64,000 bases of DNA from IMG/VR virus record IMGVR_UViG_3300009093_000043, positions 1 through 64,000 of that record; one strand, given 5' to 3'. The notes below the pieces were generated by a model. That model was not told the DNA's origin. It ran no database searches and saw only the letters and a program-made list of their open reading frames with translations. Both the position numbers and the translations under genes were made by a program. Positions within the stretch are counted from its first letter, which is position 1. Every line of letters starts with the position of its first letter. Shown here piece by piece: positions 1-7,636 of this stretch. Origin of the DNA: a virus. Its lineage: Duplodnaviria; Caudoviricetes.

Positions 1-70
1 CCGGTCGATGTCCGGGTAGTACTGAGCGAAGCGGGCGAGGTACAGCCGGACCATGACCTGAGGTTTACTC

Positions 71-325
71 TCAACGCGAGAAGACTTCCCAGTCGTCCGC
101 GAGGACATCGGTCTGGGAAGCGAGCCACGGGATCAACTGGTTGCCCACGGTCTTCATGACGAGGAACGGGAGCCATGTCCCCTCGCATGGGTTGATCTCT
201 CGGACGCGGAACTCAGGATCTGAGTAGAGGTCGACGTGGCGAACCCACATCCCCCGACCGTTCCAACCCTTTCGGGTCATGCGCTCGCCCGCCTTCATCT
301 TCTCGACCGCTTCGCCGAAGGTCAT
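71..325 (-). CDS. tad2: Tad2-like (DUF2829) Thoeris anti-defence sponge protein
   Basis: 84 aa with the family pattern MTFGEA..K.G..M.RKGWNG.GMW...L.MKT..NQL.PWLASQTD.LA.DWE. Confidence 0.85.
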   Translation of the reverse strand: MTFGEAVEKMKAGERMTRKGWNGRGMWVRHVDLYSDPEFRVREINPCEGTWLPFLVMKTVGNQLIPWLASQTDVLADDWEVFSR

Positions 326-354
326 GGGCTACCCTACCGAAGCGTAAGGGCCGG

Positions 355-969
355 ATGGCCACAGGGTTCACTCAAGACGTCGAAGATCTCAACGCCAAGC
401 TGCCCGAACTGAACGAGTTCGCTTGGAGGTGCGCCCGAGCCTTCGACATCTGGTGCAAAGACAACGAAGGGGATCCGCCCCTCTCCATTCCGCGACCCGC
501 TTCGCGACGGAAGGAGTCCCTCCGTCGCCTGAAGAAAGCCGAGGCGAAGGTCAAGGCGATCAAGGCGAAGCCGGCCAAGAAGCTGGAAGCCGAGCGCGAC
601 AAGGAGTACCGAGAGCGTCTGAAAGAGGCGGAGGAGTCTCTCCAGAAGGCCCAGGAAGTCGATCGTCGCTGCGCCGAGATGAAGCGTCGGGTCAACGCCT
701 GGCGTCCTTCGAGGAAGCTCTCCGGTCTGAAGAGGTTCATGCTCGATCAGCTCGGCATGAGCCGCTCTATGGTTCATTACTACCAGCGAGAGGTGAACTT
801 CTACTCGACGCGAAGCCCGATCTCCTTCTACCGCGCTGCGCTTCTGAAAGCCGCTCGGATCGAGATCCGATTCGCCAAGAAGGATCTGCAGAGAGAGAAG
901 GAGAATTGGGGCGAGGTGAGGAACGCGTACTTCGCGGCGCTGAACGCCAGCCTTCCTCGTCCGGCCTGA
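355..969 (+). CDS. conserved phage hypothetical protein (coiled-coil)
   Basis: 204 aa; MATGFT...FAWRCARAF N-terminus followed by a Lys/Glu-rich helix; GCGTAAG motif 6 nt upstream. Confidence 0.7.
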   Translation: MATGFTQDVEDLNAKLPELNEFAWRCARAFDIWCKDNEGDPPLSIPRPASRRKESLRRLKKAEAKVKAIKAKPAKKLEAERDKEYRERLKEAEESLQKAQEVDRRCAEMKRRVNAWRPSRKLSGLKRFMLDQLGMSRSMVHYYQREVNFYSTRSPISFYRAALLKAARIEIRFAKKDLQREKENWGEVRNAYFAALNASLPRPA

Positions 970-973
970 ATCC

Positions 974-1909
974 TCAGAGGTCTCGGGGCATCAGCGACTT
1001 CGCCATCGGAGCCGGCCACAGGTCCGGTCTCGCCCAGACGGCGAGTCGGGTCCTGTCGTAGCGATTCGAGCCGTCGCCCGGATCGTCCATCCAGTTCCCG
1101 TACCTTCGGGTTCCGAGGCTTCGGATCAGCTTCGCGGCGGTCTTCGCGGCGTCCGGATTCGACTGTCCGCGGAGACTCATGACGATCGGGTTGAGGACGG
1201 CCTTCGCGATTCCCGGCGCGTTCACGGAGAAGGCGTGGTACACGCACATCGCGAGTTCGATCTCCGGGGGAAGACGGGAGACGGGGATCCCGATGATCGA
1301 GTCGGGAGGCGGCTGAGGCTGGCCCATGAAGTCGAAGTACATCTCGTGTTCGTCGCTGGAGTTGCCCGCTGACAGCCACGCGCTCGCGAAGTCGGACTGA
1401 GCGGCATACGTCACCGGAAGCGAGAAGAGGTTGTAGAACCTCTCCGCCCAGGCCTTCGCTCGAAGCGAATCCGGACCCGCCTTCGGAACGTTCCCTCCGG
1501 TAGCTCCGCTGAACTCCAGTCGGATCGCGGCGCCTGGGACGAGGGCTCCGGTGGCCGAGATCCGAAGCTTCCCATCCGAGGTGAGCTTCCATCCGAGGCG
1601 GGTGAACTCCGCCGCGATCGGGGCGAAAGCCTGAGTCGCCCTCGAAGAGACGGTGAAGAGGAGGGAGAAGAAGTCGCCCTGGCTGAGGTCCTTCGGGCTG
1701 ACGGAGATGTTGTGGAGGATCCCCCCGCTCATTCCGCACCCGTCGTAGCTCTGAACCGTTCCCCAGGAACCCGCTTCGAGCTGACCCGCGAGGTAGACGG
1801 CTCGGTCGACGTGCATCGCCGGGTTCACCGGCTGGTCGATTCTCGGGCCGCCACGAGCGAGGTATCCGGAGAAGTTCTTGAACTGGACCCAGCGGCTTTG
1901 AACTGGCAT
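974..1909 (-). CDS. putative lysozyme-like muralytic enzyme (endolysin candidate)
   Basis: 311 aa; LEAGSWGTVQSYDGCGMSGG resembles the E..G...V..YD...S.G catalytic pattern of lysozyme-like hydrolases (inference). Confidence 0.45.
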   Translation of the reverse strand: MPVQSRWVQFKNFSGYLARGGPRIDQPVNPAMHVDRAVYLAGQLEAGSWGTVQSYDGCGMSGGILHNISVSPKDLSQGDFFSLLFTVSSRATQAFAPIAAEFTRLGWKLTSDGKLRISATGALVPGAAIRLEFSGATGGNVPKAGPDSLRAKAWAERFYNLFSLPVTYAAQSDFASAWLSAGNSSDEHEMYFDFMGQPQPPPDSIIGIPVSRLPPEIELAMCVYHAFSVNAPGIAKAVLNPIVMSLRGQSNPDAAKTAAKLIRSLGTRRYGNWMDDPGDGSNRYDRTRLAVWARPDLWPAPMAKSLMPRDL

Positions 1910-1921
1910 CCCCGACTCTAC

Positions 1922-2497
1922 CTAGGTGAGCGCTTTCCTCACCCAGGCTTTCGCGTCGGTCAGCTTCGGGAAGTCTGGTGGGGAGTTCTTTCCCGTGAAC
2001 GCTTGGTCTTCCGATTCGAGGTGGATCGTGAAGATCTTCTCACGCTGGCGAGAGGAGCCTATGAACTCGCCGTCTCCGCGAGTGATGGTTCCGACCTCGG
2101 CGCCGTTGAGGAGGATCTCGATCGTGTTCCCGCCCGCGTTGCGGAACTCGATCCCCTCACCCTTCGTCTCAGCGACGAACTGGTAGAGCCCGCGGGAGGC
2201 GGCGGGGACGATCTTCTTCAGCTTCACGAGGGCTTCGAGTCGCTTTTCGAGCGAGGGTCCCTCCATTTGGACGTAGTCGGTCCCGTCGCGCTCGGCCAAG
2301 GTTCTACGGATCTCCATCGCTGAGAAGCGCTTCTTCGGGTCCTTCTTCGCGACGTCTTCGGCTGCGCTGAGGATCTCTTCGTCCGAGAACTTCCGAGCGA
2401 CCGGAGCGCCGGCTGACTTCAGTAGGGGGAGGAGGTGCTCCCGAAGCTCAGGCTTCTCGTGAGCGAGACGAATCAATTTCGATCTCAGCGGCTTCAT
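1922..2497 (-). CDS. hypothetical protein, possible virion-internal protein; ends in TAG in frame with the next gene
   Basis: 191 aa; N-terminal LRSKLIRLAHEKPELREHLLPLLK helix; possible wHTH-like middle. Confidence 0.65.
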   Translation of the reverse strand: MKPLRSKLIRLAHEKPELREHLLPLLKSAGAPVARKFSDEEILSAAEDVAKKDPKKRFSAMEIRRTLAERDGTDYVQMEGPSLEKRLEALVKLKKIVPAASRGLYQFVAETKGEGIEFRNAGGNTIEILLNGAEVGTITRGDGEFIGSSRQREKIFTIHLESEDQAFTGKNSPPDFPKLTDAKAWVRKALT

Positions 2498-2889
2498 ACT
2501 TCCCTCTTAGGCCGAGCGTTCATAGACGTGAGAGCCTCGTCGAGGTTCTTGCACACGATGATCTCTAGGGGGGAGCCTCCTGCGCGAAGACCCATGCTCA
2601 CTACAGACGCGCCCATACGGACCGTAGGCGCTGTAAGGACGGCGTAGAGCTTCCGGAGACCGTTCTTCGACTGGAGATCGGTGAATAGCTCTACGGCTCG
2701 TTGGATCGCTTCCGGTCCGTAGGAGGTCGCCTTCTCGGCGAGGACCAACCAAACCCCGGAGCCCTTGTCGTTCGCTCGGTACCCCTTCACCATCTCTTCG
2801 ATGTGGGCGCCCGAGATCCGCCCGGAGATCGTCGTCTGGACGGCCCCCAGGGCGAATACGTAACGGGTGGAGGGCGCCTCAGGGAGCAT
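2494..2889 (-). CDS. STAS/SEC14 (SpoIIAA-like) domain protein
   Basis: 131 aa alpha/beta pattern ending ...LYAVLTAPTVRMGASVV...IIVCKNLDEAL, typical of myxobacterial STAS/SEC14 proteins. Confidence 0.55.
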   Translation of the reverse strand: MLPEAPSTRYVFALGAVQTTISGRISGAHIEEMVKGYRANDKGSGVWLVLAEKATSYGPEAIQRAVELFTDLQSKNGLRKLYAVLTAPTVRMGASVVSMGLRAGGSPLEIIVCKNLDEALTSMNARPKREV

Positions 2890-2912
2890 CTCCCCGAGGC
2901 GGTTCTATAGGG

Positions 2913-3989
2913 TTACGAGGCCTTCGGGGACAAGGTGTCTCGGACGAAGTCGAGGGCCTTCGTCATCCCTTCGAGCGAGCGTTCGAACCAGAAGTCCTCG
3001 CCCTTCCCCTTGTCTCGGAAGACGATGATCTTCACCGGAGCGATCTTCCGGCCCCATTCCAAGTCGATCGTGAAGGTCGTCTCTCCGACGACTTTCCGAT
3101 CCGCGAGGCGTCGGCAGATCCGAGAGTCGGACCCAGTGAAGTCCGCACACCAGCCCGGATAGCACTGACCGATGGAGACGGATCCCCACGACGGGTTGTA
3201 GAGGTCGTCCGACGCGACCCGCTCCTTCACAAGCAAGAAGAGAGGATCCGTATTCTTGTACTCCTCCCACTCGGCTTCCCACTTCGCTTGGGCTGCGTCG
3301 CGCTCGTCGCGTCGGGCTTGCTCCTTCGGATCGACCCACTTCTCGACGAGTACGAGCTTCAACCCCTCGGGTCGGTAGGTCGTACGAGATACCACCTCCC
3401 GGATCTCCCTGTCCTCGTCTTCTTCGTCCTCGTTGAGGCAACGGGTCTCGAAGATCGTGATCTTCCCTTCGGAGATCTCCGGATCCTTCTCGTCGTCGTA
3501 CGCGTACATCTCCTCCGGGAACTCCAACTCGGCCCATCCCTTCTCCATCGGATCCGAGAAGTCGTAGAAGCGCGTCTCGTAAGGACACGCCCAGAAGCAG
3601 CCGTTCACGACGAGGAGCTTCAGCTCCGCGTTGAATGAGTACTGGACCCAGCAGAAGCCATGTCCCTTCTTTGCCGCTTCGGGAAGGAAGTCCTTCCGCT
3701 TCCCGGTGTCGAGTTCGATCACGGTCTGGCCTTGGTAGTCCGCCCCGCAGACGAGGTAGTCGTGTCCGTTCGGGTGTCCCTCGACCCAGGCGTAGGGGAA
3801 CGAGTGGTAGTTGCGATTGACGACCGCGATCGACTCTCCTGTGTCGACGCGGGTCAGCTCTCCGATCGTGTAGTTCCAGCACCCCGGCTTCGTCGCCTTC
3901 TCCGAGACCTGAAGGACGTAACGTCCGCTCGGGCTGGTGATGGGGTCTCGCTTCTTCAATTCGACGGGGGTCTCGATCGTCTCAGTCAT
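2913..3989 (-). CDS. hypothetical protein (aromatic-rich, possibly beta-propeller-like)
   Basis: Long ORF; ATG at 3989 with GGAG upstream preferred over the ORF-track start at 4067. Confidence 0.7.
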   Translation of the reverse strand: MTETIETPVELKKRDPITSPSGRYVLQVSEKATKPGCWNYTIGELTRVDTGESIAVVNRNYHSFPYAWVEGHPNGHDYLVCGADYQGQTVIELDTGKRKDFLPEAAKKGHGFCWVQYSFNAELKLLVVNGCFWACPYETRFYDFSDPMEKGWAELEFPEEMYAYDDEKDPEISEGKITIFETRCLNEDEEDEDREIREVVSRTTYRPEGLKLVLVEKWVDPKEQARRDERDAAQAKWEAEWEEYKNTDPLFLLVKERVASDDLYNPSWGSVSIGQCYPGWCADFTGSDSRICRRLADRKVVGETTFTIDLEWGRKIAPVKIIVFRDKGKGEDFWFERSLEGMTKALDFVRDTLSPKAS

Positions 3990-4007
3990 GTTCAGTCTCC
4001 GGTGGAA

Positions 4008-4063
4008 GAAATGAGAAAGCCCCGGAGCCCACGAAGAGAATCCTCGTAGGTCCAGGGCTTTCC
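4008..4063 (-). terminator. intrinsic terminator-like hairpin downstream of the tRNAs
   Basis: Minus strand GAAAGCCC...GGGCTTTC inverted repeat with inner pairing, followed by TCATTTCTT. Confidence 0.55.
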
Positions 4064-4092
4064 TCAAGAAGTTGTACAGAATCTACGTCACA

Positions 4093-4165
4093 TGCCCTCG
4101 ACTGGAATCGAACCAGCCTACACGCGGGGTTAGAAGCCGCTGTTCCGCCAATGAACTACGAGGGC
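4093..4165 (-). tRNA. tRNA with CUA anticodon (amber suppressor); CCA not encoded
   Basis: GCCCTCG TA GTTC ATTGGCG GAAC A GCGGC TTCTAAC CCCGC GTGTAG GCTGG TTCGATT CCAGT CGAGGGC A: 7-bp acceptor, 4-bp D stem, anticodon loop TT-CTA-AC (C31-C39 mismatch), TTCGA T-loop. Confidence 0.85.
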
Positions 4166-4180
4166 TCGATCGCTTTACGC

Positions 4181-4252
4181 CGCACCCGGTAGGATTTGAA
4201 CCCACGTACGTTCGCTTTAGAAGCGACTGCCTGACCGCTAGGCTACGGGTGC
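4181..4252 (-). tRNA. tRNA with CUA anticodon (amber suppressor); CCA not encoded
   Basis: GCACCCG TA GCCT AGCGGTC AGGC A GTCGC TTCTAAA GCGAA CGTAC GTGGG TTCAAAT CCTAC CGGGTGC G: full cloverleaf, loop TT-CTA-AA. Confidence 0.88.
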
Positions 4253-4258
4253 TGGGAA

Positions 4259-4570
4259 TCAACTGAAAGCCAAGGGGAGATCTCGAACTAGCTTCCGCCC
4301 GGTCGGGGCGATAGCGATAGCAGCGAGAACGTTCCCCAAGTCCGGCTCCTCGAACCGGGAGACCGGAACGCCTTCTTGGACGGCTCGATCTGCGAGCGCC
4401 GAGAGGGACGTCAGGTCCTCCGTTTCGAGGAGCACGAGGGTGTTCGAAGTCGTGTACCACTCGCGGTCGATCTCGCCGAACCCGGCTCCGAACTCTCGGA
4501 GAGCGTGGCACAGCATCGCGGCGCGGAGACCGGCGGAGAGGTCGCGACGGGTCACGAGGAAGAGCTTCAT
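4259..4570 (-). CDS. peptidyl-tRNA hydrolase 2 (Pth2)-like protein
   Basis: 103 aa from ATG 4570 (ATGA overlap with upstream stop): KLFLVTRRDLSAG..AA..CHA...W...SNTLVLL...F.EPDL....AIAIAP....V.DLPL, the phage Pth2-fold pattern. Confidence 0.8.
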   Translation of the reverse strand: MKLFLVTRRDLSAGLRAAMLCHALREFGAGFGEIDREWYTTSNTLVLLETEDLTSLSALADRAVQEGVPVSRFEEPDLGNVLAAIAIAPTGRKLVRDLPLAFS

Positions 4571-5055
4571 GTCGCGACCCCGAGCCTCGCGGCCAGTTCG
4601 TCGCGTTCCTTCGTGAGCCGGGCGAGACGGTTCACCTCCTGGTCGCGGAGGAGCTTCCGCGACCGTTCGGCTTCTCGTTCCGCCTTCTCCTGAGCTTCCC
4701 TCTTCGCGGCTTCGATCTTCGCCAGGACCTGGGACTCGGCTTCGGCGAAGATCGCCTTCGCCTCGTTGTGGTAGGCTTCCTCTTCGCCGTCTTCGCAGTA
4801 GACCCAAGGATCATCAACCCGTAGATCTGCCTCGAAGCCGTCGATGAGGATGCGGTGTTCCCGAGGCTCGTACTCCGAGCCCGTCTCGTGAAGCCCGCCC
4901 CTCGCGAGGGATCCCGCGAGTGAGAGAACGATTTGTTCGCGATCCTTCGACGAAAGGACTTCGAAGAGCGCTTCGGTCTCGTCCTCGCGGTGTCCGCTAC
5001 AGCGGTCGTAGTTCCAGCCGTTCTTCCGGAAGGTGATCAGGACGTAGCGGCTCAT
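4567..5055 (-). CDS. hypothetical protein, C-terminal coiled coil
   Basis: 162 aa ORF tightly coupled to its neighbours in the Pth2/tRNA operon. Confidence 0.7.
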   Translation of the reverse strand: MSRYVLITFRKNGWNYDRCSGHREDETEALFEVLSSKDREQIVLSLAGSLARGGLHETGSEYEPREHRILIDGFEADLRVDDPWVYCEDGEEEAYHNEAKAIFAEAESQVLAKIEAAKREAQEKAEREAERSRKLLRDQEVNRLARLTKERDELAARLGVAT

Positions 5056-5058
5056 GGC

Positions 5059-5511
5059 TCAGGCCGCCTTCCGACGCGCGGCCGATCGCTCGGCTCGTTC
5101 GGCCCGAGCCTTCACGTTCGCTTCCACGAGGTGAGCCTCGAAGGCGGCCCGCTCCTCCTCGGAGGGCTTCTCGGAGAGCCAGACCAGGACGGTCTCGGCC
5201 GACTCGGAAACGACTCCTACGGCCTGCAGAGCGTCGAGGATGCCATGGGCACTCGGGGTGTTCTCGGTCTTCCGCTCGGTCACCCAGTACCGGCGTCCGC
5301 GGAGGAAGGCGTAGGCGAGACCGGTCTCCCGGATCGACTCCTTCAGGTCCGAGTTGGTCCCCCAGAAAGAGGCCAGCTGTCGGAGGCGGGTCGGTTCGCT
5401 GACGGGCGTCGCCTTCTTGTATGCGACGCGCTCACGCGTGTTCGTCTTCTTGCTTTCGACGACGGTCGAGAGCTTCTTCTTCAGTCCCAGGATCTGTTCT
5501 TTCGTTTCCAT
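5059..5511 (-). CDS. hypothetical protein (AYxFLRGRxY motif), first gene of the Pth2/tRNA operon
   Basis: 150 aa; GGAG Shine-Dalgarno at 5524-5521; motif recalled from phage proteins often adjacent to Pth2 (unverified). Confidence 0.75.
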   Translation of the reverse strand: METKEQILGLKKKLSTVVESKKTNTRERVAYKKATPVSEPTRLRQLASFWGTNSDLKESIRETGLAYAFLRGRRYWVTERKTENTPSAHGILDALQAVGVVSESAETVLVWLSEKPSEEERAAFEAHLVEANVKARAERAERSAARRKAA

Positions 5512-5517
5512 TGCGGT

Positions 5518-5616
5518 CTACTCCATCTGAGGTTTCGGGATCGTGTTGAGACGAAACCGAGACTTCGGAGGACCGCGAGCGGAACGAATCTACAGGTGGT
5601 GGTTCACGAGCGTCAT
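5518..5616 (-). promoter_or_regulatory. leader ORF with internal amber codon, RGPP arrest motif and SD-sequestering hairpin
   Basis: ATG 5616: MTLVNHHL*(TAG 5592-5590)IRSARGPPKSRFRLNTIPKPQME*(TAG 5520-5518); GCGGTCCTCC (5576-5567) pairs with GGAG-TA-GACCGC (5524-5513). Confidence 0.7.
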
Positions 5617-5659
5617 GGTAACCCTTACGCTTCGAACCGGCAAGAGGGGTCGATCATTT

Positions 5660-5893
5660 TCAGTATCGAGAGATCGCTCGGAGAGCGGCTTCACTCGGTT
5701 CCTCGTTCGGACGGATCGGCTCGATCACTTCTCCGGCCCTAGGATCTATGGCCGTAACCTGGAAGCCTCGGGCTCCGCAAGAGAGAAGGAGAAGACGCGC
5801 GGGGTCTCGCGAGAGCCAGCTCTCTACCAGCCCCCACTTCTCGATCTTGATCGAGGAAGGGCGTCTCGGGATTCGGGGGTCTGAGTCGCCCAT
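5660..5893 (-). CDS. hypothetical protein
   Basis: 77 aa ORF filling the gap; GAGG upstream of ATG. Confidence 0.45.
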   Translation of the reverse strand: MGDSDPRIPRRPSSIKIEKWGLVESWLSRDPARLLLLSCGARGFQVTAIDPRAGEVIEPIRPNEEPSEAALRAISRY

Positions 5894-5949
5894 GACCTCA
5901 AATTTAGAGGCTTGGGGGCGTAAGACAAGCCGAATCAGAGGAGAAACCG

Positions 5950-6414
5950 ATGGATCGCGTCTTCTGGCTGTTGGCGGTGGTGGTGGGAATCCTGTTCCTG
6001 ATCGAGTACGCTCGCGTCTACCTGAAGTGGAAGAAGGAGGAGCAGTACGCCCGAGAGATGAAGAGAGACAATTCCGAGTGGGTGAAGATCGTGAAGCTTC
6101 TCGCGGAACTGAATTGGATCTCCGATTCCGGCATGAGCAAGGAGACCCCCTACACCAGACTCTGGAGGAAGGAGGAGGGAGAGATCAAGTTGGAATTGGA
6201 GGTCTCAGGTACTTGGGAGAACCCTTCGGACCTGGTTCTCTGGGCCTGGGCGATGGAGGGCGAGGAGATGTGGGACACCAGTGTCTCCGTCGACTTCGAA
6301 GACCCGACTCAGATCGTCCCATATCTCCGCGACAACCTCCAGGACCGCGTCGATCGCGTCGCGAAGGTGGTTCTGGCTACCCGGCCTTCAGGACCGGCGT
6401 CCGAAGCGGCGTAG
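5950..6414 (+). CDS. hypothetical protein with N-terminal transmembrane helix
   Basis: 154 aa; VFWLLAVVVGILFLI; GAGGAG Shine-Dalgarno. Confidence 0.7.
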   Translation: MDRVFWLLAVVVGILFLIEYARVYLKWKKEEQYAREMKRDNSEWVKIVKLLAELNWISDSGMSKETPYTRLWRKEEGEIKLELEVSGTWENPSDLVLWAWAMEGEEMWDTSVSVDFEDPTQIVPYLRDNLQDRVDRVAKVVLATRPSGPASEAA

Positions 6415-6661
6415 CGAGTCGGGAGGGAGCTTCCGCGAGGTTCTCCTCCCACTCACAACAAGTCGAACAGTCGCACGGCTCGTCTTCCCAATCGTCCCAG
6501 ATGGACACGTAGGGATCGCCCTTGACCTGCTCGCGAGTAGCGATCTTCGCTCGAATCTCGCAGTGAGGGTCCCGGTCCTTCGCTCCGTTCGCCTTGTGAG
6601 GCTTACAGAACAAGCATCCGGCCCGTCGGTTCTTAGCCCGTCTTCTTTTGTGATGTGCCAT
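6377..6661 (-). CDS. small basic/acidic Cys-containing hypothetical protein
   Basis: MAHHKRRRAKNRRAGCLFCKPHK...; GGAGG upstream of ATG 6661. Confidence 0.55.
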   Translation of the reverse strand: MAHHKRRRAKNRRAGCLFCKPHKANGAKDRDPHCEIRAKIATREQVKGDPYVSIWDDWEDEPCDCSTCCEWEENLAEAPSRLATPLRTPVLKAG

Positions 6662-6992
6662 TCGATCCTCCACGAGCCGCCGTCAGCGGCGCGCTCATGG
6701 ATTGGATCTGGATCACATCTGAAGTTCGGCTATCGGCGGGAACGTGGGCCACGGGTCTCGTTACCCCTTCTCCCTCGTCGTCCATCTCGTTGTCGAAAGC
6801 GAGGTCGAGCTTCCGAGCCTCGGAGCAAGTTCGTCGACCTGGACAGCGTCCCAGAAGCATTCTCTTCGGGCAGACCACGCATCTTCGGGCCAGCTGAGCC
6901 TCGCGCTTCAGGAGGGAAGCGACAGGGAGGATCCCCGAAACGGAGTTTCGAACCGTCACGAGCGCTGCCGAGAATTCGGGATCCAGTGACAT
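6633..6992 (-). CDS. hypothetical protein (CxxC...C...C)
   Basis: 119 aa ORF co-oriented with neighbours. Confidence 0.5.
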   Translation of the reverse strand: MSLDPEFSAALVTVRNSVSGILPVASLLKREAQLARRCVVCPKRMLLGRCPGRRTCSEARKLDLAFDNEMDDEGEGVTRPVAHVPADSRTSDVIQIQSMSAPLTAARGGSNGTSQKKTG

Positions 6993-6998
6993 TCAGCC

Positions 6999-7256
6999 CT
7001 ACTTGAGAGGGGGTCTTTTCATCCCCGGCCGCGAGGCCATACGAGTACGGCGTGATTCGAAGAGTAGCGAACGGGCCGCGTCCTTCGATTCCTTCGCGGC
7101 CTCCATCAGGGCATCCGTAGCGAGCGCGACGTCGATGCTCGCTTGGGAGGCGGTCTCCTGGATCGTGGTGCGGATCGTGTCGTCCTCGTCCCTCTTACGC
7201 ACCGTCTTGTGCGTAGCCGGACCAGTCGTTTCGATCACCACCACTCGCTTCGTCAT
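6999..7256 (-). CDS. hypothetical protein
   Basis: 85 aa; ATGA overlap with the holin-like gene. Confidence 0.6.
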   Translation of the reverse strand: MTKRVVVIETTGPATHKTVRKRDEDDTIRTTIQETASQASIDVALATDALMEAAKESKDAARSLLFESRRTRMASRPGMKRPPLK

Positions 7257-7636
7257 GGGCGTCTCCTGATGTCGTCGCCAACCTCTCTCATCGTATCCCG
7301 AACCTCGATCAGGGTTTCCTTGTTCTGGTCCAAGAGCTGGGCGACGTTCGTTAGAGCCGTTGTGGCCCCTTTCGTGAGTTCGACCAACTGGGTCTGGTAG
7401 GCCTTCGCGTCATCGATTCGAAGCTGCTGAAGACGTTCGACGGTGACGGTGTGGGACCCGACCGAGGCGAGATGAGCCGCGCGCTCGGTGGTGAGGGTAG
7501 CCAGTAGTTCCTTCCGCTCCTTCGTACCTTCCTTCCAAAGGTACCAGATCACGACCCCGAAAACAATCGTGAGGATGCCGAGCACGCCGTACGAGGCGAG
7601 ACGCTCAGCTGAAGAGGTGACTAGTTGCTCGGGCAC
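7253..7636 (-). CDS. putative holin-like protein (single TM + coiled coil, BhlA/UviB-like architecture)
   Basis: LASYGVLGILTIVFGVVIWYLWK transmembrane segment followed by an amphipathic coiled coil. Confidence 0.5.
   Translation of the reverse strand: MPEQLVTSSAERLASYGVLGILTIVFGVVIWYLWKEGTKERKELLATLTTERAAHLASVGSHTVTVERLQQLRIDDAKAYQTQLVELTKGATTALTNVAQLLDQNKETLIEVRDTMREVGDDIRRRP

Noticed and set aside
342-350. GCGTAAGG as merely an extended Shine-Dalgarno (TAAGG)
   Set aside because: Possible for a few copies, but the motif also precedes a tRNA and the ncRNA candidate, and occurs upstream of genes that have separate GGAG/GGAGG sites.
4093-4252. Reading the tRNAs as Arg(UCU), since both contain CTTCTAA
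   Set aside because: That register removes position 26 and breaks the anticodon stem (AGTCG/AGCGA; AGCGG/CCCCG), whereas the CUA register gives four contiguous pairs in both. Some ambiguity remains for the 4093-4165 tRNA.
4259-4807. 182-aa ORF-track version of the Pth2 gene
   Set aside because: The first 79 residues overlap the 162-aa gene and look non-coding; the ATG at 4570 with an ATGA overlap begins the recognisable fold.
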